DNA of 64,000 bases from a virus. Below the pieces are notes generated by a model. That model worked only from the letters and a program-made list of their open reading frames with translations. It had not been told where the DNA came from and did not search any database. Both the position numbers and the translations under genes were made by a program. This document shows, one piece after another, positions 7,580 through 18,548 of the stretch (the stretch's first letter is position 1; every line of letters begins with the position of its first letter). The stretch spans positions 1 through 64,000 of IMG/VR virus record IMGVR_UViG_3300010885_037407. One strand, given 5' to 3'.

Positions 7580-8751
7580 TTTAAATGTATTAAATCGTTT
7601 TGGTATTCTTTTAAACTGTTTATTGTAATTTTTAAATTGTTGATTTGAAACGTACCTATTTCACCTGAGTCTTTAATTATTTCAGACAGCTGTTGTACGA
7701 TATTAAAATCTTCTTGATTAAATATATTAGCATCGAATTCAACTAATATATCATTATTCTTTTCGCTGTCAAAAGGTAATACTCTGTCAGCTAAACTATA
7801 TAATGTATTAGTCTGTTCCCTTGCAATATAACTACTAATTAAATTGTCTTTATCATGTATGTACACTGTCGTGCACCACGTTTCCAAGGCGCTCAAAGAT
7901 GCCATTGAAGCATTGTTTAAGATAAAACCTACATTGTATTTAGGCGGTATAATAGGCTTCATATGGGTATCATGTTTAACAAAGTGACCCCATTTGCGAA
8001 TAAACTCTTTACTATTTTTAGTAGTAGTATATGTCCATTCATCGCTATTCTTTCCTGCTCCGCCACCGGCATGTTTATTAAATCTGCTTCCCCTGGAAGT
8101 AAAATGATATACTAGTCCGTCCCATGACTGAATTACATTATATCCATTTAAAACAAACCTATTAAATAAATCTGAATCTTCTTTTGATTGCGGAGCAAAT
8201 ACTTCATCATGGCCGCCAATAGATAAATAATCTTTTTTATACATACACCATGGTGCGAAAATACCCTCAGTAGTCTTATTTTTATGTATTGATTCTAATT
8301 CTAAAAAATATTGAACACATTTATCATAATTATAATCTTCAACTTCATTGCCCCATGGAAGTGTAATTTTTTCCGGCCCAGGAGGATGCAAAGGCGGTTC
8401 AACTCGAGTAGCTGACACTACAGTTCCTTCAGTTAAATGTTTAAGTATATTAACATCTAAATTTGGAGCAGCTACCATATCTGCATGAAACGCAAATATA
8501 ATTTCTGTCTTAGCCATTTCAATTCCTTTATCAAACATTCCTACAATTCCTATTCTTTCTGGACCTGGATTACTATATACAATAAGGTCATCATCTTTAA
8601 GAGATTCAATCCAATGTAATGTTCCATCAATAGATGCATCATCTAATATAAGTACTTCATGTTTAGTACCTAAATTTCGAATTGATTTGTATGCTAATTT
8701 TAAAAATTCAAGATTGTTTCTTGAAGGTAAGACAAATGTTATTTTTTGCAT
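7576..8751 (-). CDS. GT2 family glycosyltransferase
   Basis: LPSRN, ILDDASIDGT, HADM, EDSD. Confidence 0.85.
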   Translation of the reverse strand: MQKITFVLPSRNNLEFLKLAYKSIRNLGTKHEVLILDDASIDGTLHWIESLKDDDLIVYSNPGPERIGIVGMFDKGIEMAKTEIIFAFHADMVAAPNLDVNILKHLTEGTVVSATRVEPPLHPPGPEKITLPWGNEVEDYNYDKCVQYFLELESIHKNKTTEGIFAPWCMYKKDYLSIGGHDEVFAPQSKEDSDLFNRFVLNGYNVIQSWDGLVYHFTSRGSRFNKHAGGGAGKNSDEWTYTTTKNSKEFIRKWGHFVKHDTHMKPIIPPKYNVGFILNNASMASLSALETWCTTVYIHDKDNLISSYIAREQTNTLYSLADRVLPFDSEKNNDILVEFDANIFNQEDFNIVQQLSEIIKDSGEIGTFQINNLKITINSLKEYQNDLIHLK

Positions 8752-9590
8752 ACTAAATATTCTTTTATATAATCAATAATATCTTTTTTAGGGCTCCATC
8801 CTAGTATTTCTTTTGCTAATGTGTCCGTACAAAGAGTTATATCTGCTTCACCTGGCTTGTTCTTTTGATATTCTACTTCTATTCCAAATGCAGATGCTAT
8901 TTCATTTACTGAATAGTTTTGCCCTTTTCCTAATTCAAATATAAAATTCCAAGCTTGTTTAGTACTAACTAAAATCAATCCATTTACAATATCATCTACA
9001 TGTGTAAAGTCTCTGCGCTTTGTGCCATCTCCGAAAATAATAAGTGACATACCTTCTTCAACTCTCTTCTCCCATGCTCCTATTAAAGTAGTATATCCTC
9101 CTTCTTTTAATTGATACGGGCCATAAACATTATAAAATCTAACTATAGTAGCTTTTAAATTATAATGATTTTGAAATAATTGAATAATCTCTTCTCCTAT
9201 ATCTTTACTAAAGGTATACGGGTTTTTAAATTTACCTGAGTGGTGTGAACTACTTCCTGCATATACAAGCGGTATATTTTTTTCAGAACAATATTTTGCT
9301 AACTTCATAGTAGCATTGGCATTGGTCGTAAAATACTCTTCTGGATTCATAAAAGAAGGTTGTATTCTAGCAATTGCAGCTAAATGGTATATAATATCAA
9401 AATCGCCCCAAGCTGAATAGTCAGATATAGTTCGTATATCTCTATCTAGATAAAGGCATCCTTCTTGGTGATTACTTTTCAATCCTGTATTATAGTTATC
9501 TATTGATACAACTTTATGACCTTCTTCAAGCAGCTTTGCAATTAAATTTGTTCCTACAAATCCTGCTCCTCCTGTTATTAAAATTTTCAT
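8739..9590 (-). CDS. NAD-dependent epimerase/dehydratase
   Basis: ITGGAGFVG, YxxxK, RFYNVYGP, RDFTHVDD. Confidence 0.9.
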   Translation of the reverse strand: MKILITGGAGFVGTNLIAKLLEEGHKVVSIDNYNTGLKSNHQEGCLYLDRDIRTISDYSAWGDFDIIYHLAAIARIQPSFMNPEEYFTTNANATMKLAKYCSEKNIPLVYAGSSSHHSGKFKNPYTFSKDIGEEIIQLFQNHYNLKATIVRFYNVYGPYQLKEGGYTTLIGAWEKRVEEGMSLIIFGDGTKRRDFTHVDDIVNGLILVSTKQAWNFIFELGKGQNYSVNEIASAFGIEVEYQKNKPGEADITLCTDTLAKEILGWSPKKDIIDYIKEYLVCKK

Positions 9591-10585
9591 AATATATTAT
9601 TTATGTCTTGTTTAAATTTTTCTGTAACAACTGAGCTGCTATACATACTACTAACGTTTTCTAATGCCGTTTTACTTACTAAACTATAAAAATCAGCATC
9701 AGTTAATAAACGAGTTATGCATTCTTTAATTGCTTTGTAATCTGTATATTCAAATGATGTATAAGGATATAAATCTTTTTGGCAATCTAATTGTATATTG
9801 CCAATTAATGGAACACCTAATGATGCAAATTCAATTGAATTGTTACCGCATGAAAAATCTCTTTGTATATCTATTCCAAATTTGCAATTGTAAATATATG
9901 ATATCCATTCATCTACATGCATAAAATTTTGAAATTTCATATTACCTAATGAATATGAATCTGGAAATGATAATGACGTTAATCCTACTCCTTCAGGAGG
10001 TCTATTATATTTCATACATCTAACTTCAATATCGTTAGGTACGGTATCATAAATTAATTTATGCACTATCATTCCACGCTGATATCGTTTAAATGGGCCT
10101 GCAATTGATATATAGTTTCCACTTTCAATAGTTTTAATTTCATCTGAAATTAAATTAACACAGCCAGGATATTTGATAAATTTATTAGTAAATGCTTCCA
10201 TTACTTTTTTATCATGTTCATTATGGTAACAAAATGCTTTACACTTCGACAAACATTTTATGTATAGTTGCTGTGCATCTGCTGTCCAATCAAACCAATC
10301 AAATATATTTGTTTCTTGATTAATAAAAACTGTATTGCTGTCCATGATAGACAACAATGCAGTTAATTTATTTGATTCGTCTGACGTAGGCGTTTGTATA
10401 AATATTACATTACCGCTTCCAATTGTATGCAAATCTTGCCATTGCAATGAACTCCATGGCAATAATTCTATATATGCATGAGGGGTCCTATGTCTATCAA
10501 ACTTATAATATCCATTAGGAATGTTAAGATCATTAACGTAATAAATTTTATTGGTTAATCCAATCCCATTTGCTTCCATTATCAT
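9587..10585 (-). CDS. Putative GT-B fold glycosyltransferase
   Basis: C-terminal FSCGNNSIEFASLGVPLIG resembles the GT4 donor-binding motif; located in the glycan locus. Confidence 0.55.
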   Translation of the reverse strand: MIMEANGIGLTNKIYYVNDLNIPNGYYKFDRHRTPHAYIELLPWSSLQWQDLHTIGSGNVIFIQTPTSDESNKLTALLSIMDSNTVFINQETNIFDWFDWTADAQQLYIKCLSKCKAFCYHNEHDKKVMEAFTNKFIKYPGCVNLISDEIKTIESGNYISIAGPFKRYQRGMIVHKLIYDTVPNDIEVRCMKYNRPPEGVGLTSLSFPDSYSLGNMKFQNFMHVDEWISYIYNCKFGIDIQRDFSCGNNSIEFASLGVPLIGNIQLDCQKDLYPYTSFEYTDYKAIKECITRLLTDADFYSLVSKTALENVSSMYSSSVVTEKFKQDINNIL

Positions 10586-11531
10586 AGAAATAGTTAATAG
10601 TTTTTTTCAAAGAGTCTTCTAGAGTTGTTGAATATCTCGCATCAATTACAGAATATAATTTTGTATTGTCTGATTGCAAGTGCCATATTTCCCATGGACG
10701 AACTTTGTCTTGATCAACATTAATTATAACTTCATCATGACCCATTAACTTACCAATTAAATGACCTAAATCATATATTTGAATTCCGTCTTCTGAGCCC
10801 ATATTATATACTTCACCGAATTGACCTTTTTCTAATAATTCAACTGACATTCTAACTGCATCTCCTGCATATAAGAAATCTCTAAAAGAATTATTTCCTA
10901 ATTTAAGTTGATTTGATTTTGATAATTGTGAAATAATTTCCGGTATTACATATTCATGTGTCTCACGTTCTCCAACACAATTAAATTGACGTAATGCTAT
11001 AGCAGGTACCCCAGCTTCCTTCCATCTTACTTGCACCAATCCGTCTGCTGCTAATTTAGAAACTCCATAAGTTGAATGAGGTTCAACAGGATCACTTTCT
11101 TTAATTTTACCTTTCATATCACCATAAATTTCAGCTGATGATACTTGCATCAAACCTTTGATGTTTGCTGCTTGACAAGCATTAAGTACTCTTAATACAG
11201 AAGTTGCATTAATATCAAAAAAGTGCATTGGTCTTTCAAAACACTCAGGAATATATGGTTCAGCTGCATAATTAAATACATACTCAATTTTATTGTCTAA
11301 TAAAATTTTAGTTAATTCATTTTCATTATCTCTAATATCATGCCAAATAAATTTAGCTTTAGAATTGATATTTTTATTGCGCCCTGTAATTAAATTGTCT
11401 AATACAATTACTTTACAATTTCTTTCGTCTGCTAGATAATCTACAAGGTGTGAGCCAATGAAACCAGCTCCGCCTATTACACACACATTTGTGTTTCTAA
11501 TACTTCTCATATTTTTATTTAAGTTTAACAA
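10548..11531 (-). CDS. NDP-sugar 4,6-dehydratase/epimerase
   Basis: GGAGFIG, SSAEIYG, YGVSK, RDFLY; true start possibly MRSIRN at 11510. Confidence 0.9.
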   Translation of the reverse strand: MLNLNKNMRSIRNTNVCVIGGAGFIGSHLVDYLADERNCKVIVLDNLITGRNKNINSKAKFIWHDIRDNENELTKILLDNKIEYVFNYAAEPYIPECFERPMHFFDINATSVLRVLNACQAANIKGLMQVSSAEIYGDMKGKIKESDPVEPHSTYGVSKLAADGLVQVRWKEAGVPAIALRQFNCVGERETHEYVIPEIISQLSKSNQLKLGNNSFRDFLYAGDAVRMSVELLEKGQFGEVYNMGSEDGIQIYDLGHLIGKLMGHDEVIINVDQDKVRPWEIWHLQSDNTKLYSVIDARYSTTLEDSLKKTINYFYDNGSKWDWINQ

Positions 11532-12123
11532 TTATTTGCAATTCGTGGTGATAGAATCTATTAACATTTTCAAACAACCCTAATATTTCAAACCCATTGG
11601 CCATAAACAATTCAGCAAATGAATCTAATGAATCAATAGCTAAATAGTGAGCTCTATGTTCTGTGTTGTTTTCTTTAGGTATTACTACATATAATACTCC
11701 GTCTGGTTCCAATACTTCTTTAATATTAGTAAATACTGAATCTATATCATACATATGCTCAAATACATGAGACATAGATATAAATTTATATGTTTTACCA
11801 AAAGCAGATATTGATTTTTGTGCGTCCTCCAATGCTAAATGTGCACGCACATTTTCAGATAGTTTAGGCCATAAGTTTTCAAATGCAGCAACACTAATAT
11901 CAGTGCCATATACATTTTTATATCCTTTGTCATGCAACTGGCTAACAAAAATACCATTTCTAGTACCAATATCTAAAATATTATCATCAAACCCAATTTG
12001 ATGTTTATCAAATATAGTGTTTATAATATTATTGTAATGTAATGTACTATCATCTATGCCACCTCGATTATTTTGTGCTTCCACATAATCTTCATAGGAT
12101 TTTATTTCTTTTTTAACAATCAT
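11515..12123 (-). CDS. Class I SAM-dependent methyltransferase
   Basis: ILDIGTRNG, GTDIS, SHVFEH, L.P.G. Confidence 0.85.
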   Translation of the reverse strand: MIVKKEIKSYEDYVEAQNNRGGIDDSTLHYNNIINTIFDKHQIGFDDNILDIGTRNGIFVSQLHDKGYKNVYGTDISVAAFENLWPKLSENVRAHLALEDAQKSISAFGKTYKFISMSHVFEHMYDIDSVFTNIKEVLEPDGVLYVVIPKENNTEHRAHYLAIDSLDSFAELFMANGFEILGLFENVNRFYHHELQIIVKLK

Positions 12124-12138
12124 TTTTTTATTTATAGG

Positions 12139-12170
12139 TTAATATAATGAAATCTTTTATATAAATCAAA
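12139..12170 (-). promoter_or_regulatory. Internal -33/-7 promoter in the glycan locus
   Basis: TTTG-N20-TATATTAA. Confidence 0.55.
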
Positions 12171-12681
12171 TTTTGTTGCCGGAAATAATAAAGTCTCGTT
12201 CTTTACTATGATACATAGCTTCGTAAATTGCAGTGTCTACAAACCCTACTTCATTGAATAATGGTATCAATGTTTCCGGACACCATGCCCACTTATGACC
12301 ATAAGTGTTTTCCCACCCAAATATTTGTTTCAACCCTTTACTGCTATGCAAATCCCAAGCATCGTTGCAATTTACTATAAATTCTGCTACTTTTTTTATG
12401 TTAGCAGTTTCCATTACTAAACGTCCACCTGGTTTCAGCCAACCTAACCATTTAGTAAGTTGCTGACGCATTTGGTTTGGGTTACTAGGCGAATCTTGCC
12501 CTCCTTTAATATACATTGCAAAGTGTGATACTATAATTTCGTCAATTGAGTTTTCATCAAATTCTAATTCAAATACATCTGCATTGATATCAACTCGAGT
12601 ATCTGGAAATTGTGATTGATTATCAATATTGATATATCCGTCTAAATATAAAGGCCCGCATGCTAAATTTAATTTCTTCAT
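12166..12681 (-). CDS. SAM-dependent methyltransferase (type 11-like)
   Basis: KLNLACG, INID, LKPGG. Confidence 0.8.
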   Translation of the reverse strand: MKKLNLACGPLYLDGYINIDNQSQFPDTRVDINADVFELEFDENSIDEIIVSHFAMYIKGGQDSPSNPNQMRQQLTKWLGWLKPGGRLVMETANIKKVAEFIVNCNDAWDLHSSKGLKQIFGWENTYGHKWAWCPETLIPLFNEVGFVDTAIYEAMYHSKERDFIISGNKI

Positions 12682-12682
12682 T

Positions 12683-13759
12683 TTATATAAATTTCAATAT
12701 TGTGTTTGCAATATAATCTATTTGGTCATTTGTCAGTTCAGAATATGTTGGTAATATTAAACCATGTTTACTAACATATTCTGAACTTGGTAGAGTTTCT
12801 TTAGAATTAATAAATGGCTGTTTATGTAACGGATAAAAAAAATGTCTATAATCTATTTCATTTTCTGTTAAAGCTTGTAATACAATGTCATAATTTGTTT
12901 TAACTAATATACTATAGTACCAATATACATTATTATATCCTTTAGGCTGTAATGGTATTTGTATCTTATCATTAGTTTCAAACCATTGATTATATCTAGA
13001 TGCAACTCGTTTTCTGTCACTAATAGTTTTATCTATGTTATGTAATTGTCCTAAACCGATACTAGCCTGCATATTTGTTAGTCTAAAATTAAACCCAATA
13101 TCAGAATGAATATATCTTTTACGCTCCGTAAAATTCAAATTTCGTAACATTAATAACTGGTTATAAGTATCAATATTATCTGTTAATATGCAGCCGCCTT
13201 CTCCCATTGTAATAATTTTATTTGAGTAGAATGAAAAAGTTGCTATATCACCAATACTACCTGCTATAATATTTTCATAGCTAGCTCCATGTGATTCTGA
13301 TGCGTCTTCTATTATTTTTATTTCAGGATACTTAGTTTTTAGAGTCATAACTTTATTAGGATCAACTACTAATCCATATGTATTAACTACAATTATAGCT
13401 GAAGTATTTTCAGTAATTTTAGATTCTATAGATTTAAAATCTACATTCCAAGTGTCAATATCAATATCACAAAAAACAGGAACTAACCCATTTTCAGTAA
13501 TAGATGTTAAACAAGATAAAATTGTCATTGAAGGAACTATAACTTCAGATCCTTTCGGCAAATTTAAAGCTTTAACTGCCATATATAAAGCTACAGTGCC
13601 ATTGCAACATGTTACTGCATATTTTCTATTACAAAATTTTGCAAACTCATTTTCAAATTGAATTATTTGCTCGCCATTTGCAATAAAATTATCATCAATA
13701 GCTTTTTTTGCTAAATCTTTATCTTCTTCGTATAACTTTGGTATTGATATTGGAATCAT
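12683..13759 (-). CDS. DegT/DnrJ/EryC1/StrS PLP sugar aminotransferase (perosamine synthase-like)
   Basis: NGTVAL, IEDASESHGA, SFYSNKIITMGEGG, GFNFRLTN. Confidence 0.92.
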   Translation of the reverse strand: MIPISIPKLYEEDKDLAKKAIDDNFIANGEQIIQFENEFAKFCNRKYAVTCCNGTVALYMAVKALNLPKGSEVIVPSMTILSCLTSITENGLVPVFCDIDIDTWNVDFKSIESKITENTSAIIVVNTYGLVVDPNKVMTLKTKYPEIKIIEDASESHGASYENIIAGSIGDIATFSFYSNKIITMGEGGCILTDNIDTYNQLLMLRNLNFTERKRYIHSDIGFNFRLTNMQASIGLGQLHNIDKTISDRKRVASRYNQWFETNDKIQIPLQPKGYNNVYWYYSILVKTNYDIVLQALTENEIDYRHFFYPLHKQPFINSKETLPSSEYVSKHGLILPTYSELTNDQIDYIANTILKFI

Positions 13760-14604
13760 AATTTATTTTTCTGATATAATATTGGGCCAATCGTTCCTTT
13801 ATGATGAATCATATATTCTCCCATTGCACTAGCTTCTAAAACTCTACTTCCAATTGGAGATATATCTCCGCAATGTGCACAAAGGTTATTATACTTTAAA
13901 TCCATTTCATTTTTAACTGCATCAAATGTATGACAATCAGTTTTAAATTGTAACGATAACACATTGCCAGTTATCCAATAGTTAAAGTTATTAAATATAA
14001 ATTCTTTAGTACCTTGAATTGACTTATTAAATGCTAAAAATCCCGTTTCAGTATGAGTATCTTTAATTGTAGCAGATACCTGATTAGTCATAATATAATT
14101 TCCATTGCTATCATATGCACCATGTCGCATCACTTTAAATAATTCTCTTCCTAAATAAGCTATGTTATAATTTTTTAGAATATTTAAAATATGAGAAGGT
14201 TCAATATACTTTATAAATAGACAATCAGAATCTATAGAACAAAAATCTTCATTAGTAATTTCATTCATATATTGCATTGCTGCGACAGGACGAAACCATT
14301 TAACGCTTCTTGGACTAGAGTATTCATCAGTAAATTCAATTTTGCTTTTTAAATTAGCATCTACATAATCTACAATTCTTTTATTATCATATTCATAAGT
14401 CATAATGTTTGCAATAACAATAGAAGGATTATCAATCCATTCTAATAACCAATCTGGATAGTATTCTGAATATAAATCATCTTCGTTTTCAAAAAATACA
14501 TATAATTTATGTGTTGTATCATTGCTAGTATTAATAAATGACTGTAATAATTTTTTACCGCAAATTTCGTATATTTCTTTAGTAAATGTAGTTATAAAAT
14601 TCAT
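13756..14604 (-). CDS. GT-A fold glycosyltransferase-like protein
   Basis: IDSDC DxD motif, ETGFLAFN, HHKG. Confidence 0.65.
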   Translation of the reverse strand: MNFITTFTKEIYEICGKKLLQSFINTSNDTTHKLYVFFENEDDLYSEYYPDWLLEWIDNPSIVIANIMTYEYDNKRIVDYVDANLKSKIEFTDEYSSPRSVKWFRPVAAMQYMNEITNEDFCSIDSDCLFIKYIEPSHILNILKNYNIAYLGRELFKVMRHGAYDSNGNYIMTNQVSATIKDTHTETGFLAFNKSIQGTKEFIFNNFNYWITGNVLSLQFKTDCHTFDAVKNEMDLKYNNLCAHCGDISPIGSRVLEASAMGEYMIHHKGTIGPILYQKNKL

Positions 14605-15644
14605 ATTGTTTCAAATTTGTTTTGATTAGACCCGATCAGTGATAAGTTATAATTTGATTTTTTATGTATTACATCAAATACTGTATTTGCAGATCTTCTA
14701 TCTCTTACATTAGAGTTTGAATCCTCTCCTAATATATAATTTCGTTTAAATGGATGATTTCTATTATGTACTTTAAGTACATTCTTAACTACAAATTGTA
14801 CATAGCTGTTACCCATTATTGTATTAATTGAATTTTGAAAGGCAGTGTCCTCGCCAGTTCCTGATACCGCCGGCGGTATATTAACACCATTTAACAATAA
14901 GTCTTTTGATATAGTTAATAGTGAGCCATCGAATCTAGGATAATTAAGTATTGATATATCAAATTCATCATACTTACTATTAATTTGATTCATTTCATCT
15001 TCTTTCATATAATACCAAATGCTAGAAGGTGTTGTTGAGCATGCTTCATGAGTTGAAGGCAGGAATGTTTTATTTTGAAAATCTTTATGCTCTAAAACAC
15101 TCCAGCTAGCATCCCACATTTTTCTTACTGCAAAAGTAAGACAAAATCTATTAATATTGGATTGAGTTGCATACGCAGATATCTGCTCAACGGCTTCAAA
15201 GTATTGTTTAGGCATAAGACAATCAGACTCTCCCCATACAATATAATCAAAATTCAAACAATTAAAATAGTTTAAATCTCTTCTATAAGAGCCTATAGAA
15301 TATAAAGTATTATCATCTTCATATAATTTATAAGAAGTTTTAATTCCTATAGATAATAAAGGGTCTATACAATATTTTTTAAATTTATTAATTAAGTCTT
15401 CTCTAGAGATCTGTGTAGTATCTAATTTTTCAGTTAATTGAGACAAATTTAAAAGATATTCAACTTCTATATTTTCTTTATTTTGCAAATCTACACAAGC
15501 AGATTTAACCGAATTTGTAAAGTCTTTGGCAGCGTCTATTTCATAGAACATTACCATAGTTCCTATTTTATAAGTTTTATTTAATATCATTGTATAAGTA
15601 ATTATAAGTTTCTCGCATCCAAAATAAATCTTCACTTTCTTCAC
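14601..15644 (-). CDS. Putative GT-A glycosyltransferase
   Basis: WGESDCL, GEDTAF, VHNR; probable start MILNK at about 15592. Confidence 0.55.
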   Translation of the reverse strand: MKKVKIYFGCEKLIITYTMILNKTYKIGTMVMFYEIDAAKDFTNSVKSACVDLQNKENIEVEYLLNLSQLTEKLDTTQISREDLINKFKKYCIDPLLSIGIKTSYKLYEDDNTLYSIGSYRRDLNYFNCLNFDYIVWGESDCLMPKQYFEAVEQISAYATQSNINRFCLTFAVRKMWDASWSVLEHKDFQNKTFLPSTHEACSTTPSSIWYYMKEDEMNQINSKYDEFDISILNYPRFDGSLLTISKDLLLNGVNIPPAVSGTGEDTAFQNSINTIMGNSYVQFVVKNVLKVHNRNHPFKRNYILGEDSNSNVRDRRSANTVFDVIHKKSNYNLSLIGSNQNKFETI

Positions 15645-16356
15645 TATATTTAGGCAAATCGGAATTGAAATGAAAAATCCATCCTAATTTAGTAAATAAG
15701 AAATCTGTATGTATAATTTCTTTTTTGTTCATTTCCATCATATTATATGCGTATGGAAAATGCTTAATTGCTATATTCTTTTCAGCTAAAAAGAAATTCA
15801 AAGGAATTTGATCACTGCCAGTTTTAGAAAAATTTTGTACTTGCAAAAATAAATCTTTATTTGATAAATAAAAATCTGTAATGTATTTAAAAAATTCTTT
15901 ATGCGATTTGTTAACTATCTGAAATCCTCCATTAATAGTAGTATGCCATGGAATTGTATTACCAAATATAAATTTAGAATAATTTTCAATGCCTCTAATA
16001 GTCCATTCATAACTACCGTCATTTACTACCCCACAATATAATCCTTCAGTCTCATTAAAAAAATTAGGACAATCAGGATGAATAATAGTATCACAATCTA
16101 CCAATAATATTTGGTCATATTCAATATCAGAATTCTCTAACATTTCAAATACAAAATATCGTTGCCAAGTAATTTTCATGTCACTAACTGGCGTCAATGG
16201 TACATCAAAAATTACTAGTTCACAATCATTCTTTTTACACCAATACTCCCAACTTTTTATGCTATATCGATATCCAGCTGCCCTACCATCATTATTATCT
16301 ATAAATGGTATAAATACTATATTTTTCATTGATAATTGTGTTTTACTATTGACCAT
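15577..16356 (-). CDS. GT8/GT34-like glycosyltransferase
   Basis: LVDCDT, INGGF, DQ..LN, FHF; probable start MKNIVF at 16329. Confidence 0.75.
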   Translation of the reverse strand: MVNSKTQLSMKNIVFIPFIDNNDGRAAGYRYSIKSWEYWCKKNDCELVIFDVPLTPVSDMKITWQRYFVFEMLENSDIEYDQILLVDCDTIIHPDCPNFFNETEGLYCGVVNDGSYEWTIRGIENYSKFIFGNTIPWHTTINGGFQIVNKSHKEFFKYITDFYLSNKDLFLQVQNFSKTGSDQIPLNFFLAEKNIAIKHFPYAYNMMEMNKKEIIHTDFLFTKLGWIFHFNSDLPKYSEESEDLFWMRETYNYLYNDIK

Positions 16357-17165
16357 GTTTGATCAATCAATGATTGTTTATTCTCAATCGAAATGCCTGT
16401 AAAGTGCCAAATATTTGAATAACTTATAAAGAATGGTATTTGCACTTCATTTAATTGCCAATTATAATCTAACATACCACGCTTTTGTATAGCTATTAAA
16501 TTCCATTCCGGAGACAAAAATTTCTTTTTTACATTTAATTTTTTCAACATTAAATTAAATATAGTTTGCTCTTTTCCTACTCCTCCTATGTTCCAATTAT
16601 CTAAAGTATCTTTATGTTTTAAATAAAAAGAAACTAATTCATCAAATATATACTTATGGCGTTTATTAAACATTAATACTCCTGCATTGATATATTCATG
16701 TAATGGCAATTCAATATCTTTAAATTCGGGAAAGTATTCTTTGTAAGTTTTAATACTATTATCTACCCATCTTAAATTGGCAGAATCTATTACTCCACAA
16801 AATTCATCTTCATACAAATCAAAGAAATTTGGAGCATCCCATTTAATCATAGTGTCAGAATCAACTACTGCAATTTTATCATATTTACCTTCTTCAAATT
16901 TATCAAATACAAATTCTTTATTCCAGATAGGCATTACTACTCTAGGGTCTGACTCATATTGTATTATGATATCAACATTGTTTTTATCACACCAATATTT
17001 CCAACTCTCAATGCAATTAACTGAAAAGTCAGAAAATTTATATCTTGAGCTTGTATGATCAATGGATACTATATATACTAAATTTTTCATACTACCAGTT
17101 ACTCCATTTAATATTATTATCAGAAAAATATTGTATAATAGAGTTGTACCTAGAATTATATTCAT
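16326..17165 (-). CDS. GT8/GT34-like glycosyltransferase, paralog of the preceding gene
   Basis: VVDSDT, INAGVL, EQ..FN, WHFTG; probable start MKNLVY at about 17091. Confidence 0.75.
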   Translation of the reverse strand: MNIILGTTLLYNIFLIIILNGVTGSMKNLVYIVSIDHTSSRYKFSDFSVNCIESWKYWCDKNNVDIIIQYESDPRVVMPIWNKEFVFDKFEEGKYDKIAVVDSDTMIKWDAPNFFDLYEDEFCGVIDSANLRWVDNSIKTYKEYFPEFKDIELPLHEYINAGVLMFNKRHKYIFDELVSFYLKHKDTLDNWNIGGVGKEQTIFNLMLKKLNVKKKFLSPEWNLIAIQKRGMLDYNWQLNEVQIPFFISYSNIWHFTGISIENKQSLIDQTWSIVKHNYQ

Positions 17166-17667
17166 TTTGCAATTCTGGTTTTACAAATCTATTATGAAAC
17201 TCAACAAATATTTTTTCTATAGGTTTAATTAAATCTAATTTAATTAAATGCTCTAATACATCATACTCAGCTCCTTCAATATCCAATTTCAAATAAATTT
17301 CATAATTTTTATATGATTCAATTACAGTGGCTAAATCAATAGTATTAACTTCATATTGATCTACATATCCATATCCATTGGATATGTGATTACTAAAAAT
17401 TTCTTGACCTAAAAAAGTACTTCCTTGAGTATTATTATTTGTCCTAGGGTCTGGTATATTAAATGTCATTATTGCGTTTTTGTTCCATACACCACAATTA
17501 TTAATATCAATAAATTCTTTATATTTTTTAATTAAAAAATTATAACAGTCTTTATTTGGCTCATACATTATAACTTTCCAAGTATCATCAATTAATAATT
17601 TTTTTGATAACTCAGTAAACCCTTGTCCATAATTAGAACCGCAATCTATTAGTATTTTTTTATTCAT
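17092..17667 (-). CDS. FkbM family methyltransferase
   Basis: IDCGSNYG, YEPN, LKLDIEGAEY, VEFH. Confidence 0.88.
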   Translation of the reverse strand: MNKKILIDCGSNYGQGFTELSKKLLIDDTWKVIMYEPNKDCYNFLIKKYKEFIDINNCGVWNKNAIMTFNIPDPRTNNNTQGSTFLGQEIFSNHISNGYGYVDQYEVNTIDLATVIESYKNYEIYLKLDIEGAEYDVLEHLIKLDLIKPIEKIFVEFHNRFVKPELQNEYNSRYNSIIQYFSDNNIKWSNW

Positions 17668-18547
17668 TTCTTAAATATATGTAATTTGGATGATTAATTA
17701 TTTCTTTTGGATGCTGAATATCAATCTTACAAATATATCTTGCTGGATCTGATTCTGCTTTATTTGGCCTTACTACAATTGAAGCATCTTTACATTGTTT
17801 TGCTAATTCCAATCCAGCTAAAAAGTTATTATGATATTCAGTATCACGTTTCAATTGTGACACACGAAGTTGTTTATATTTTCCAGGTCTCCACCAAGCA
17901 TAATGAAATATATATTTAGGAAACATAGTCAATGGATATTGTTGACTCATAAAATTAACTACTATTGATTTATAATAGTCCCATGTGCCAAATTTAATTG
18001 CAATTCTTCTGTAATGTATTGTATTAGGGTTTAATGCATTACCTTCAACATAATATTGATTTTCCATAAAATCTACATATGGAGCTTGCAACCCTTCATT
18101 AGGTTTTAAATTTTCTAAATACTCATTTAATAACGCAACATCATTTTCATGAAAAAATACATCCCCTTCTAATGGAAATATAATATCACCTTCATTAATT
18201 TCAATTCCTAATTCTTTAAAATTGCTAACAGCTTCAACATAGCATATATTAGCGTCTGAAGTTTCATAATTCATTTGATTCCAAATAATTTTAGTATTTG
18301 GAAATAATTCTTGAGCTTCTTTAATTGAAGATTGAACTAATTTTGTATCCCAAGCTAAATTAGTATTTTCATAACAAAATTCAGTTTGAAAGTTTACGTC
18401 AATCCCTCCTTTATTTTCAGGTCCACTTGGAAATAAACCTTCATTGAATATAATATAATCTGGATTAATTGTATTAACTAAATTTTCAATTTGAAGTGTT
18501 GTAAAATGTCCTTCTCCGAAACAAGGTATTATAACTATTTTTTTCAT
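17660..18547 (-). CDS. GT2-like glycosyltransferase
   Basis: VIIPCFGE, LEGDVF, FHYAW. Confidence 0.6.
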   Translation of the reverse strand: MKKIVIIPCFGEGHFTTLQIENLVNTINPDYIIFNEGLFPSGPENKGGIDVNFQTEFCYENTNLAWDTKLVQSSIKEAQELFPNTKIIWNQMNYETSDANICYVEAVSNFKELGIEINEGDIIFPLEGDVFFHENDVALLNEYLENLKPNEGLQAPYVDFMENQYYVEGNALNPNTIHYRRIAIKFGTWDYYKSIVVNFMSQQYPLTMFPKYIFHYAWWRPGKYKQLRVSQLKRDTEYHNNFLAGLELAKQCKDASIVVRPNKAESDPARYICKIDIQHPKEIINHPNYIYLRNE

Positions 18548-18548
18548 T